Part shown: positions 10,395-20,716 of the stretch, piece after piece
Layout of the letters: the number at the start of each line of letters is the position of its first letter
Numbering within the stretch: the stretch's first letter is position 1
Source of the DNA: Armatimonadota bacterium
Lineage (GTDB): Bacteria > Armatimonadota > SYMT01
Direction: 5' to 3'
Length of the DNA: 64,000 bases
Assembly (NCBI GenBank): GCA_041690135.1
Contig: JAWLHY010000005.1
Span: 64,001-128,000 of the forward strand
Made by a program: the position numbers and the translations under genes
The notes under the pieces: generated by a model
What the model saw: the letters and a program-made list of their open reading frames with translations, nothing else
Database searches by the model: none
Told to the model about the DNA's origin: nothing

Positions 10395-11441
10395 ATGGGT
10401 CGTATGATTGCGGAACCCCTGGTTCAGGTGCGATGTGCGGTCTGCGCGGGCGACCGCACGGAATTGATCTGTACGGCGAGAGAAGTCGAGGCACATCTGG
10501 AGTACCTGCGGCTCTTTCATCAGCGGAGGCTGGCACCCCAGGCTCCCCACGGCGAATTGGCCGACCGCTCTGACTTTACCCAGGGGTACGCGACCGACCT
10601 GGTCGCCTGCTCAGGATGTGGCTTGGTATTTCGCAACCCGCGTCCGTCGCCCGAAGCCCTGGAGCGCGCCTATGCGCAAGACCAGTACGGTCGCGAGCGG
10701 CTCGAGACTCTGGCCGCCACGCAGCAGAGCCTCTACCGCCCCAAGGTGCGCCAGCTACGCGATTGGCTGGGAAACCGCGCGAAAGTTCTGGAAGTGGGCA
10801 GCTTCGTAGGAGGGTTTCTGTCGGCGGGACGAGAGGTGGGCTGGGAAATGCTGGGAGTCGATCCGGGTCAAGAAGTGAGCGAATTCTGCCGGAGCCGTGG
10901 CTTGCCGGTGTTTCGCGGTACCCTGGAGGAGCTACCCGGCAGCAGCCTGTCCGAAGTTTGGGCACCCGGCACGGTCGATTGTGTTGCCATTTGGAACACC
11001 TTCGACCAGATTCCCGAGCCGGACAAGTTACTGGCGCGGGTACGCCGGCTCCTACGCGCCGGGGGCATCCTGGCATTGCGCGTTCCCAATGGTGAGTGCT
11101 TCCGGCGCAGCCTGGATCTGATGCGGCGCCTGCCACGACCCGTAGATGGTTGGTTGCGGGCGGTTCTGGCCTGGAATAACTTGATGGCTTTCCCGTATCT
11201 CCAGGGCTACACAGTACGCACGCTGGACTGGCTCTGTTCGTGGCACTCGCTGGAGAGAGTGCAGGTGGTCCCGGACACGCTCGTGCGTCTCGCGGATGAC
11301 GCGACGCAGCCCTGGGCTCGCTTGGAAGAAGCGGGCCTCAAGTTCTTAACCCGCACGGCCGCCCGTTACGCGGCAGGGCGGCGAGATCCAGACCTTGCCC
11401 TGGCTCCCTGGTTCGATGCCTACTATACCCTTCGCTCGTGA
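10395..11441 (+). CDS. Class I SAM-dependent methyltransferase with N-terminal Cys pairs
   Basis: CAVC...CSGCGLVF, motif I VLEVGSFVGGF, LRAGGILALRVPN. Confidence 0.8.
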   Translation: MGRMIAEPLVQVRCAVCAGDRTELICTAREVEAHLEYLRLFHQRRLAPQAPHGELADRSDFTQGYATDLVACSGCGLVFRNPRPSPEALERAYAQDQYGRERLETLAATQQSLYRPKVRQLRDWLGNRAKVLEVGSFVGGFLSAGREVGWEMLGVDPGQEVSEFCRSRGLPVFRGTLEELPGSSLSEVWAPGTVDCVAIWNTFDQIPEPDKLLARVRRLLRAGGILALRVPNGECFRRSLDLMRRLPRPVDGWLRAVLAWNNLMAFPYLQGYTVRTLDWLCSWHSLERVQVVPDTLVRLADDATQPWARLEEAGLKFLTRTAARYAAGRRDPDLALAPWFDAYYTLRS

Positions 11442-11687
11442 GGAGGGGTGAGGGGTGAATGGTGAGGGGCGCGGGCATCTCGTCTGCCCCGGAACTTAAA
11501 AGGCGTTGATCGGGATAGCATCTTGCTGGCCGTTATATCGGGTGGCTCAAGCCAGGAATTGCCCGCCAAAGTCAATAATGACGACCGGACCCGCGGGGGT
11601 GGATGATGCGCCCTGCCGAGGATTATGGGAGGGGATAACCCCGTCCGTGCATCGGCGCGGTCGAGACTGTTGTCGCGAGGTTAGACT

Positions 11688-12914
11688 TTGGATGGCCGGA
11701 TCGGCGTGCTCCAGCCCCGCCTGGATGGGCGGGGCGGCCTGGAGAAGTACTGTGTGTACTTCGTTCAGGTACTTGCTGAACGGGCGGAGGTCGATCTGGT
11801 TACCGTTCAAGAGGTCGATCGCTCCCGCCTGGAAAAGGCCTTCAACGTCTCCCTCGACAAGCCGCAGCTGAAAGTCGATCCGCGCTGCTGGCCCCTGCCC
11901 CCCACCGGCGGGCGGATTCAGCGGACCTACGAGCAGTGGCGCGGCTGCCGCGACTATGCCGAACTCAGCAACGCATACGACCTGGCCGTAGGGCACGCCA
12001 TGGATCTGCCGTGGGCGAGTGGCGCGCGCCGGAGTGCCTTGATCTGTCACTTTCCGATGGTGCGGAGGCATCGCCTCGATCCCCAGATTCCCGCCACCGG
12101 CTGGCGCTCTCTACTCACCTCCAGTGGCCGGGAGCAGCGGGAGATTCGGCACCGGGTGAACAGTTGGTCGCGGATCATCGTGAGTAGCGAGTTCGCCCGG
12201 AAATGGGTCGGTATCTACTGGCAGCGCGATGCGGAGATCATCAACCCGCCGATCGAGCAGCCCGACCGCCCCGACCTGTCTCAGAAGAAGAACTGGATCG
12301 TGGGGGCGGGCTACTTCGCTCGACCGTCGGAGCCGGGCGATCCGTGGTCGTTCAAGCGCCAGGAGTTGCTGATCGACACCTTCCGGGACCTGTGTGATCG
12401 GGGTCTGCGCGGCTGGGAACTCCACCTGGCCGGGCACCTGATGCTCCCCTCGCCCGATGCGGAGCAGTACCTGGACGAACTTCGCGCCCGCGCCCCCGGC
12501 TACCCGATCTTTCTACACCCTAACTGCCCCCATTCCGAGCTACTCGACCTGTACCGGCACGGATCGATCTTCTGGCATGCCGTGGGGTACGGCCTCGACC
12601 AGGAGCAGAACCCCGAACGGACCGAGCACTTCGGGATGGTGACAGCAGAAGCGATGGGCTACGGCTGCGTTCCCGTGGTAGTCAACATGGGCGGTCAGCC
12701 GGAGATCGTCGAACGGGGGCGCAGCGGGGAGTTGTGGAACACGCCCGAGGAGTGCTGCGAAATCACCCACCGACTCACGTCTCAACCGGAAGCGCTCCGC
12801 ACGCTCGCGGAAGGCGCTGTCCGGCGAGCCGGCTACTTCAGCGTCGATCGCTTCCGCCAGAGAGTGCACACCTTTCTGGACGAAGAACTCCGCATCCTCC
12901 GCTCCGCGGGGTAG
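11688..12914 (+). CDS. Glycosyltransferase family 4 (GT-B)
   Basis: GGLEKY near the N-terminus; EHFGMVTAEAMGYGCVPV E-x7-E motif. Confidence 0.88.
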   Translation: MDGRIGVLQPRLDGRGGLEKYCVYFVQVLAERAEVDLVTVQEVDRSRLEKAFNVSLDKPQLKVDPRCWPLPPTGGRIQRTYEQWRGCRDYAELSNAYDLAVGHAMDLPWASGARRSALICHFPMVRRHRLDPQIPATGWRSLLTSSGREQREIRHRVNSWSRIIVSSEFARKWVGIYWQRDAEIINPPIEQPDRPDLSQKKNWIVGAGYFARPSEPGDPWSFKRQELLIDTFRDLCDRGLRGWELHLAGHLMLPSPDAEQYLDELRARAPGYPIFLHPNCPHSELLDLYRHGSIFWHAVGYGLDQEQNPERTEHFGMVTAEAMGYGCVPVVVNMGGQPEIVERGRSGELWNTPEECCEITHRLTSQPEALRTLAEGAVRRAGYFSVDRFRQRVHTFLDEELRILRSAG

Positions 12915-13165
12915 GCCTTTCCGTACGCGGCCGAACCGAAAGGACGGGAGTGGTTTTGATCCCGACGCAGCACGGGTGACCCGCTCCCTGCCGGCGCCTG
13001 GTTCAATGCCTCGCCGGACGCGCCCATCCCACACCTGTGGTCAATCCTCCCTTTTCGTAATACTCGGGAGGTGGGAGTGGACTCCAGGGCGAAGGGACGA
13101 ATGAAGGCTCGTCCCTCTGCGCCGGCAGCTGGGACCCAGGGGAATTCCACGGGGTTCAACGACGA

Positions 13166-14194
13166 ATGAGCGACATGAAGCTTCGGGTGGGTGTGGTCGG
13201 CATGCGCGGGATCGGCAATCAGCATGCCGAAATCTACAAGAATGACGCGCTGTCCGAACTCGTCGGCGTTTGCGATATCGACCGGGGGCGCGCTGACGAG
13301 GCGTCCGCGCGCTGGGGCGTTCCGGCCTTCTACAGCCTGGGAGAAATGCTTCAGGCCGTGGATGTCGATGCCGTGAGCGTGGCGACGGGGGGCTTTGAAA
13401 ACGGAAGCTGGCACTTCGAGCCGGTGATGGAGAGCTTTGCGGCCGGCAAGCACGTCCTGTGCGAGAAACCGATCTCGAACAATATCGAGCACGCCCGGGA
13501 GATGGTCCGTAAGGCGAAGGAGAAAGGGCTCTACTTCGGCATCAACCTCAACCACCGGTTCGTGCCCCCGGCCGCCCGTGCCCGGAAGTGGATGGAAGAA
13601 GGACGCCTGGGACAACCGCTCCTCATCAATATGACGATGTGGATCGACAACCCGAACGAGACCTCTCCCTGGTTTCACCTGCGGGCACTCCATCCCCACT
13701 CGATCGATATCATGCGCTACTTCTGCGGTGATGTGAAGCGGGTCCACGCTTTTGCGAACCACGCGCCCAAAGCCGATGGGGGCGAGCGGGTCTGCTGGTC
13801 GAACGTCCAGATCAACATGGAGTTCGCGAATGGGGTGGTCGGGCACCTGACCGGCAGTTACGATGCGGCCCCGCGCCACAATCTGGAGCGCTGCGAGGTG
13901 ATGGGCACCGAAGGTCGGTTCGTTCTCGACAACTGCTTCGTGGAGTTGACCTTTTATCCCCGGAGAGATGACGAGCTGACGGTGGTCCGCAACAGTATCA
14001 TGGGCGGCGTCACCGGGTTTGGAGAAACGTTCAAGCACCGCATCCACCGCTGGCTGGAGCAGGTATCGGCCGGTGTACCGCGCAGCGAGTTGGAAGCGAG
14101 CGGCGAGGATGGGCTGGCGGTGCAGGAAGTGATCGAGGCGGCGATCCGCTCGATCGAGAACGGCTCGGTGGAAGAGGTGCCCCCAGTTGGGTAG
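13166..14194 (+). CDS. Gfo/Idh/MocA oxidoreductase
   Basis: VGVVGMRGIG Rossmann fold, HVLCEKP. Confidence 0.9.
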   Translation: MSDMKLRVGVVGMRGIGNQHAEIYKNDALSELVGVCDIDRGRADEASARWGVPAFYSLGEMLQAVDVDAVSVATGGFENGSWHFEPVMESFAAGKHVLCEKPISNNIEHAREMVRKAKEKGLYFGINLNHRFVPPAARARKWMEEGRLGQPLLINMTMWIDNPNETSPWFHLRALHPHSIDIMRYFCGDVKRVHAFANHAPKADGGERVCWSNVQINMEFANGVVGHLTGSYDAAPRHNLERCEVMGTEGRFVLDNCFVELTFYPRRDDELTVVRNSIMGGVTGFGETFKHRIHRWLEQVSAGVPRSELEASGEDGLAVQEVIEAAIRSIENGSVEEVPPVG

Positions 14195-14247
14195 GATCGG
14201 GATAAAGATAGGATGGCCATGACATATGCGACACTCTACGGAGAGCC

Positions 14248-15549
14248 ATGCCATCCGCAGTCTTTGAATTCGGTCTGATCCTGGTCTTGCTGGTTATCAA
14301 CGGGCTCTTCGCCATGTCGGAGATCGCCATTGTCTCCGCGCGCAAGGTTCGCCTGGAGCGTTTGGCTGCGGACGGCAATCCCGGAGCGCAGGCGGCGCTC
14401 GAATTGGCGCAGAATCCGGACCGCTTCCTGTCCACCGTGCAAGTGGGCATCACGTTGGTAGGTATCGTGGCGGGTGCCTTCGGTGGGGCTACTCTCTCCG
14501 GAGGCGTGCGGGAGTGGCTGGAGACGATCCCTGCCTTCCGACCCTACGCGGGAGCGCTCGCCTTCGGCGGCGTGGTGGCGCTGATTACCTACCTATCGCT
14601 GGTCATCGGCGAGTTGGTGCCGAAGCGTATCGGCCTCAACGATCCGGAAAAGACCGCGGCGATGATGGCCCGCCCAATGCGCTGGCTCTCGCGGGCCGCC
14701 GGGCCGCTCGTGCACCTCCTGGCCGCTTCCACGGACCTGCTGGTGCGGCTTCTGCGGATCCGGCCCGCGTCCGAACCTCCCGTTACCGAGGAAGAGGTGC
14801 AGGCGCTCATCTCCCTCGGGCGCGAGGCCGGCGTGTTCCAGGCGGAAGAGGAAGACCTGGTATCGAACGTGTTCCGCCTGGCGGACCGGCGCGTGAGCAT
14901 GCTGATGACGCCGCGCCTTCAGATCGAGTGGCTCGACCTGGAGGAGTCTGCGGATGCGATCCGGGAGAAGCTCCTGGCGGCGGAGCACTCCCGCTTCCCC
15001 GTGGCCCGGGAGAGCCTGGATCAACTGGCAGGCATGGTGTACGTGCAGGACCTGATGGCCCAGGCGGTGCAGGGCCGTCCTCTCGATTTGGAGGCCGTCC
15101 TGCGTACCCCGATCGTCGTTCCGGAGACGATGCCGGCCATGCGCGTGCTGGAGACGTTCCGGCAGACGCGCAATCACCTCGCCCTGGTGGTGGATGAGTA
15201 CGGCAGTATCGTTGGCCTGGTCAGTCTCACCGATATTCTCGAATCGCTGGTGGGCGAGCTACCTGCTGCCGAATCGGAAGAGGAAGCCGAGATCGTGCGC
15301 CGTCCGGATGGCACCTGGCTGATCGACGGACAACTCCCCATTGATGAGTTGAAGGCGCTTCTGGGCGTGCGCGCCCTCCCGGGTGAAGAAGCGCATCTCT
15401 TCCAGACCCTCGGTGGATTCGTCACGAACCAGCTCGGAAAAATTCCCGCCGTAGCCGAACGGTTCGAGTGGGACGGGAACAGCTTCGAGGTGATGGATAT
15501 GGACGGCCATCGCGTCGACCGGGTACTGGTTACCCCTCAACAGCGATAG
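14248..15549 (+). CDS. HlyC/CorC (CNNM) family CBS-domain membrane protein
   Basis: NGLFAMSEIA, GELVPKR, MTPR, HSRFPV, VVDEYG, TLGG. Confidence 0.92.
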   Translation: MPSAVFEFGLILVLLVINGLFAMSEIAIVSARKVRLERLAADGNPGAQAALELAQNPDRFLSTVQVGITLVGIVAGAFGGATLSGGVREWLETIPAFRPYAGALAFGGVVALITYLSLVIGELVPKRIGLNDPEKTAAMMARPMRWLSRAAGPLVHLLAASTDLLVRLLRIRPASEPPVTEEEVQALISLGREAGVFQAEEEDLVSNVFRLADRRVSMLMTPRLQIEWLDLEESADAIREKLLAAEHSRFPVARESLDQLAGMVYVQDLMAQAVQGRPLDLEAVLRTPIVVPETMPAMRVLETFRQTRNHLALVVDEYGSIVGLVSLTDILESLVGELPAAESEEEAEIVRRPDGTWLIDGQLPIDELKALLGVRALPGEEAHLFQTLGGFVTNQLGKIPAVAERFEWDGNSFEVMDMDGHRVDRVLVTPQQR

Positions 15550-15568
15550 CGCATCCACGGCTGTGGCA

Positions 15569-16522
15569 CTACTTGCTGAGGGCGCCGCCGCAACTGCTGC
15601 CGGCGCCGGCCGTGCAGCCGAAACAATGCTCCCCTACCGCAAGGGGCGCGCCTTCCAGCCCCGTGGCCGCCAGTTCTCGAACGTGGCGGTAGGGTGCGGC
15701 CAGCGGAATCTCCAGCATCTGGTTGAAGTCGCAGTCGTAGAGCCGGCCGTCCCAACCCACGCTCACGGTACTCCGGCACATCAGGCCCGCGACGGTGGCT
15801 GGATTGAACGCATTTGCCAGGAGATCCATGTACTCCTCATACCGGCCGTCCCGCCGGAGGTCATGAGCGAAGCGGCTGATCGGCATGTTGGTCAGGGTGT
15901 AGAGGCGATTGAACCGGAGACCGTACCGCGCGAGTAGCTCTCGCCGGTAATCCGCCTCCAGTCCCTCCTGGGCTGGCGGGAGGTAGGGGCCGACCGGGTT
16001 GTACATCAGGTTCAGGACGAGACCGGTTTCCGCCTCACCATATCCGAGCGAATTGAGCCGCCGCAGGGCCGCAAGGCTTTGGTGGAAGATCCCCCGCCCG
16101 CGCTGAAGGTCCACGTTCTCTTCCAGGTAACACGGAAGGGAAGCGATGATCTCGACCTGGTGCTTAGCCAGGAACTGGGGCAAATGCTCCTTTCCCGGAA
16201 TGCAGAGAACGGTGAGGTTGCAGCGGTCGATCACGTGGCACCCGAGAGCCCGTGCCTCCGTCACCAGGGTCTCGAAGTTCGGGTTCAGCTCCGGTGCACC
16301 GCCGGTGAGGTCCACGATCGCCGGACGGAGCCGGCGTATCGCACTGACTACCTCCTCCGCGGTTTCGCGCGTCATGATCTCCGTTCGCTTCGGTCCCGCG
16401 TCCACGTGGCAGTGCCGGCAAGCCTGGTTGCAAAGCTTGCCAACGTTCACCTGGAGCACACGGAGCTTCTCCCGCAGGAGACGGCGGTCATGGGCCGCGA
16501 GTACTTCTTGAAAGGAGTGCAT
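15569..16522 (-). CDS. arsS: Radical SAM / Cys-rich protein (ArsS family)
   Basis: LCNQACRHCHVDAGP, DLTGGAPE, YDCDFNQML, C-terminal HCFGCTAGAGSSCGG. Confidence 0.85.
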   Translation of the reverse strand: MHSFQEVLAAHDRRLLREKLRVLQVNVGKLCNQACRHCHVDAGPKRTEIMTRETAEEVVSAIRRLRPAIVDLTGGAPELNPNFETLVTEARALGCHVIDRCNLTVLCIPGKEHLPQFLAKHQVEIIASLPCYLEENVDLQRGRGIFHQSLAALRRLNSLGYGEAETGLVLNLMYNPVGPYLPPAQEGLEADYRRELLARYGLRFNRLYTLTNMPISRFAHDLRRDGRYEEYMDLLANAFNPATVAGLMCRSTVSVGWDGRLYDCDFNQMLEIPLAAPYRHVRELAATGLEGAPLAVGEHCFGCTAGAGSSCGGALSK

Positions 16523-16602
16523 AGAGTTGTTTACGGGAGGGTCGCTGTGCCTGTCACTTTCGGGGTGGGGCGGCAGGTCCCGCCAGAGACTCGGTCGTCA
16601 GC

Positions 16603-16631
16603 TAGACAGAATGGGGCGGCATCGGTATCAT
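16603..16631 (+). promoter_or_regulatory. Sigma70-type promoter for prfC
   Basis: TAGACA (16603-8), 17-nt spacer, TATCAT (16626-31). Confidence 0.55.
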
Positions 16632-16692
16632 GGCGCGGGCTGACAGCCGGAAGTTGCCGGCGGCCGGCCTTTTTTGTGCCAGAACGTATCCT

Positions 16693-18300
16693 ATGTCGGA
16701 CTATTTGAACGAAATCCAGCGGCGCCGGACATTCGCCATTATCTCGCACCCGGACGCCGGTAAAACCACGCTCACCGAGAAGCTCCTCCTGTACGGGGGC
16801 GCCATTCAGCTTGCCGGTTCCGTTTCCGCGCGCAAGAACCAGCGCAAGGCCACGTCCGACTGGATGGCCCTGGAGCAGCAGCGCGGCATCTCCATCACGT
16901 CGACGGTTCTGCAGTTCGAGTATGCCGAACATGTGCTCAACCTGCTCGACACCCCGGGCCACCAGGACTTCAGTGAGGATACCTACCGCACGCTGATGGC
17001 CGCGGACAGCGCGGTGATGCTGATCGACAACGCCAAGGGCGTTGAGCCGCAAACGCGCAAGCTGTTCACGGTCTGCCGTCAGCGCGGGATTCCGATCTTC
17101 ACCTTTGTGAATAAGCTGGATCGTCCCGGTCTCGAGCCCTTGGAGCTACTCGCGGATATCGAGAACGTGCTCGGGATCGAATCGGTGCCGGTGAACTGGC
17201 CCATTGGGGACGGGCAGGATTTCCAGGGGGTCTACCACCGCCGGGACAAGGAAGTCCACCTCTTCGAGCGAACGGAGCGCGGCGCACGCCGGGCGCCGGT
17301 CCGCGCGACCGACCTCGCGGATCCGGTGCTGGAGCGGATGTTGACGCCGAACCGGCTCAGCAAGCTTCGGGAAGAGGTGGAGCTGCTCGACGTGGCCGGT
17401 GAAGAGCTGGACATGGAGCGGGTAGGTCGCGGAGAGATCACCCCGGTCTTCTTCGGCAGCGCCGCGACCAACTTCGGCGTGGAGCTGTTCTTGAACGACT
17501 TCATCCGGATGGCGCCCGGCCCCGCACCCCGCCGTACCCCGGACCGCGATGTGGCGCCGGACGAGCCGGAGTTCCGCGGCTTCATCTTCAAGATCCAGGC
17601 CAACATGGACCCGAACCACCGGGATCGCATCGCCTTCATGCGCGTGGTCTCCGGCCGGTTTGAACGCGACATGTCGGTGAGCAGTCCCCGCCTGAACCGG
17701 CAGGTGCGCCTGAGCCGTCCGCAGAAGCTGTTCGCTCAGGACCGCGTGATCATGGAAGAGGCTTACCCGGGCGACATCGTGGGCCTCACCAACCCGGGCG
17801 TGTTCGCCATCGGGGACACGCTTTGCACCGGCGCGCCGCTCCAGTTCCAGGGAATCCCCCGGTTCGCTCCCGAGCACTTCGCCGTGCTCCGCAACGTGCG
17901 GGTCGACCGCTACAAGCAGTTCCAGAAGGGCATCGACCAGCTCGGTGAAGAGGGCGTGATGCAGGTGTTCTACGATGTGGATGCCGCCCGCCGCGAGCCG
18001 ATCTTGGGGGCGGTGGGCCGCCTCCAGTTCGAGGTGGTGCAGTTCCGCCTGCAATCCGAGTACGGGGTGGAAACCATTCTGGAGCAAACCCCCTACCGGC
18101 ATGTCCGCTGGCTGGACGGCGACCCGGAAACGCTCAAGAGCATGCGCTATTTCCAGGGCTCGCGTCGGGTGGAAGATGGCCAGGGACAGCAGGCCGCCCT
18201 CTTCGACGGGGACTGGAGCCTCAACTACATGCAGGAGCAGAACCCGAAGGTCCGGTTCCTGGAAGTTCCGGTGGGCGCGCTGGTGTCTTCCTCGAACTGA
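16693..18300 (+). CDS. prfC: Peptide chain release factor 3
   Basis: RRTFAIISHPDAGKTTLTEKLLL, DTPGHQDFSEDTYR, FKIQANMDPNHRDRIAF. Confidence 0.97.
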   Translation: MSDYLNEIQRRRTFAIISHPDAGKTTLTEKLLLYGGAIQLAGSVSARKNQRKATSDWMALEQQRGISITSTVLQFEYAEHVLNLLDTPGHQDFSEDTYRTLMAADSAVMLIDNAKGVEPQTRKLFTVCRQRGIPIFTFVNKLDRPGLEPLELLADIENVLGIESVPVNWPIGDGQDFQGVYHRRDKEVHLFERTERGARRAPVRATDLADPVLERMLTPNRLSKLREEVELLDVAGEELDMERVGRGEITPVFFGSAATNFGVELFLNDFIRMAPGPAPRRTPDRDVAPDEPEFRGFIFKIQANMDPNHRDRIAFMRVVSGRFERDMSVSSPRLNRQVRLSRPQKLFAQDRVIMEEAYPGDIVGLTNPGVFAIGDTLCTGAPLQFQGIPRFAPEHFAVLRNVRVDRYKQFQKGIDQLGEEGVMQVFYDVDAARREPILGAVGRLQFEVVQFRLQSEYGVETILEQTPYRHVRWLDGDPETLKSMRYFQGSRRVEDGQGQQAALFDGDWSLNYMQEQNPKVRFLEVPVGALVSSSN

Positions 18301-18308
18301 CGCGCCTC

Positions 18309-19784
18309 TTACCCGAGAATCGCTTCGGCGGCCTGCTCCCCGCTGTGGATGCTGTCGGGAATGCCTACGCCCCGGTAGGCGTTCCCGGCGAGGGCGAAGT
18401 TCGGGAGTTCGCCGGCAAGCCGCTCCATCTCCTCGACGCGTTCCAGATGTCCCACGTGGTAGTGGGGCATCACCTTCATCCCGCGCCAGGTGACGACGAA
18501 CTGGGGCTCCGCGGAGACGCCGACGAGCTTGCGCAGGTCGTCCCGCATGAGGCGAATCAGCTCCTCCTCACTGCTGCGCTCCACCGTCTCGCCGCCCAGA
18601 AAACCGCGCAGGAGGACGATATCCGAGCCCTCGGGGACCCGGTGGGCATACTTCCGGTGGGTGAAGGTGCAGCCCAGGAGCGTGAGGTTCTCGATGGCCG
18701 GAACGACGAAGCCGAAGCCGTTGAGCGGATGAGGCACGTCCCGCTCCCGGTAGGCCAGGGTGATCGTCGCGGCGGAGCCGTAAGGAATCCCGTCGAGCAG
18801 ATCCGCGAGCCGGGGTGCGTGGGCGCGGACCAGCTCAGCCGCATGATAGGCGGGTAAGGCCACCACGACCGCATCGGCCGCGAGGGGGGTATCCTCGGCC
18901 AGGCGGATTTCCCACTGTGCTCCGGCCCGTTCCAGCGCGCTGACCCGAGCGTTCAGCCGGAGGCATCTCTCCGGAAGACGCGCGACCAACGCATCGATCA
19001 ACGTTTGCATGCCGCTTCGGAAGGAGACGAACAGCCCATAGCGGGCGCCGCTCACTCCCTGCTGCGCCGTGGTCGTGGGACCTCCGGCGGACGAGGGCGC
19101 CGTGCCGTTACCGGGTGCTGCTCCCGGCTTTGCGGTTGCCCCACCGGCGGCGGCGCGCGACCGGGCCCACATCCCACGGATCACGCTGCCGTGCTCACGC
19201 TCCATATCGAGGAAACGGGGGAGCGTCGCTTTCAGGCTCAGCTTCATCGGGTCGGCGCCGTAGATGCCGGCGATCATCGGCTGCGCCATCCGTTCGAGGG
19301 CTTCGCGGCCGAGACGGCGGAGGACGAAGTGCCCCAGGCTCTCATCCCCGTCCTCTCCGCGGCGGGGAATGAGGAGGTCCATGGCCATCCGGGCCTTGCC
19401 GGGCCAGGAGAAGATCGGTGTTCCGGCGAGAGGGCCGAAACGGGCGGGCGCCAGGAGTTGAAAGCCCTCCGGCACCGGTTGCAGTTGGCCGTTCCGCACC
19501 ACGAAGCTCCGGCGGTGAACTTCCTGAGTGCCGATCAACTCGTCCTGGAGACCGAGGCGTCGCGCCAGGGCCAGCCCCCACGGCTTGTCGGTGATCATGG
19601 AGTCCGGCCCGAGCTCCAGGACGAACCCGTCCCGGCGCTCCGTGCCGATGGCCCCGCCCGGGCGATCGGAGGCCTCCAGGACCGTCACCTCCAGGTCCTC
19701 GCTCCGGCTCTCTGCCAGTTCCCGAAGGTGATGGGCCGTGGCGAGCCCGGTCACTCCCCCACCGATGACGACGATCCGCTTCAA
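18309..19784 (-). CDS. hemY: Proto/coproporphyrinogen oxidase (HemY type)
   Basis: IGGGVTGLA FAD motif, ELGPDS, MPHYHVGH, GVGIPD. Confidence 0.93.
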   Translation of the reverse strand: MKRIVVIGGGVTGLATAHHLRELAESRSEDLEVTVLEASDRPGGAIGTERRDGFVLELGPDSMITDKPWGLALARRLGLQDELIGTQEVHRRSFVVRNGQLQPVPEGFQLLAPARFGPLAGTPIFSWPGKARMAMDLLIPRRGEDGDESLGHFVLRRLGREALERMAQPMIAGIYGADPMKLSLKATLPRFLDMEREHGSVIRGMWARSRAAAGGATAKPGAAPGNGTAPSSAGGPTTTAQQGVSGARYGLFVSFRSGMQTLIDALVARLPERCLRLNARVSALERAGAQWEIRLAEDTPLAADAVVVALPAYHAAELVRAHAPRLADLLDGIPYGSAATITLAYRERDVPHPLNGFGFVVPAIENLTLLGCTFTHRKYAHRVPEGSDIVLLRGFLGGETVERSSEEELIRLMRDDLRKLVGVSAEPQFVVTWRGMKVMPHYHVGHLERVEEMERLAGELPNFALAGNAYRGVGIPDSIHSGEQAAEAILG

Positions 19785-20716
19785 GCAGCGTTCCTCACGA
19801 TTTCCACCACCCGCTGAGCCAGCATGTCGATGAAGACGGGATGGTCCCCCACCGTGCCCGCGCGGTGCAGTTTCATGCCCAGCTCCCCCGCCGTCTCTTT
19901 CGCTTCCACGTCCAGGTCGAACAACACTTCCACGTGGTCGTGGAGGAAGCCGATGGGCTGCACCACGACCTCATTCACCTCCTCGGCTGAGAGCTCGCGC
20001 AGCACGTCGCTGATATCCGGCTCCAGCCAGGGCACTCTTCCGTCCCCGCTGCGACTCTGGTAGGCCAGCGTCCTGCGCTCCGATCCCAGAATACCCGCCA
20101 CTCCGCGGCATGAAGCCAGGAGGTCCTCCACGTAGGGCGAGCCCTGGGCCATGCTGATCGGAATCGAGTGGGCGGTGAAAATGATCGGCACGTGTGCCGG
20201 CCAGGCGCCACGGCGGTATCCGGAAGCCTGCTCGATACGCTGTGCATTGGCTTCCAGAAAGAGCGGGTCGTCGTACCACGTGCCGATGTAGGAGACCTCC
20301 GGCCCGACGCCCCCGTTGCTCTCAATTCCGCGGGAGACGTCCAGCTTGTACCGCTCCAGGCTGGTGTTGCTCCGGTGCGCGGCCAGGATGATGCCCACGG
20401 CATGCTTGCGGCCCGCGAAGTTCATCCGCGCGATTACGTCCCGCATGAAGGGGTGCCAGTTCCGCATGCCGGCGTAGACCGGAATCGACAGGTCGTAGGC
20501 ATCGCGCAGCCGGTGCTTGAGCGCCACCGCCTGGCGGAACGTCAGCTCGTTGTAGGGCGAGCGTCCCCCGATGTCGTGGTAATGGTGGGCGACCTCTTCC
20601 AGTCGCTCGCGGGGTACGTTGCGCCCGCGGACCACCGTTTCCAGGAACGGCATGATGTGTTCGGGCTTGGTGGGTCCGCCGAACCCGATGAGAAGGACGG
20701 AATCTACACGGCTCAT
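19781..20716 (-). CDS. hemH: Ferrochelatase
   Basis: LLIGFGGP, GGRSP, GMRNWHP, FTAHSIP, YQSR...WLEPD, GFLHDHVEVLFDLD; 4-nt overlap with hemY. Confidence 0.93.
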   Translation of the reverse strand: MSRVDSVLLIGFGGPTKPEHIMPFLETVVRGRNVPRERLEEVAHHYHDIGGRSPYNELTFRQAVALKHRLRDAYDLSIPVYAGMRNWHPFMRDVIARMNFAGRKHAVGIILAAHRSNTSLERYKLDVSRGIESNGGVGPEVSYIGTWYDDPLFLEANAQRIEQASGYRRGAWPAHVPIIFTAHSIPISMAQGSPYVEDLLASCRGVAGILGSERRTLAYQSRSGDGRVPWLEPDISDVLRELSAEEVNEVVVQPIGFLHDHVEVLFDLDVEAKETAGELGMKLHRAGTVGDHPVFIDMLAQRVVEIVRNAA

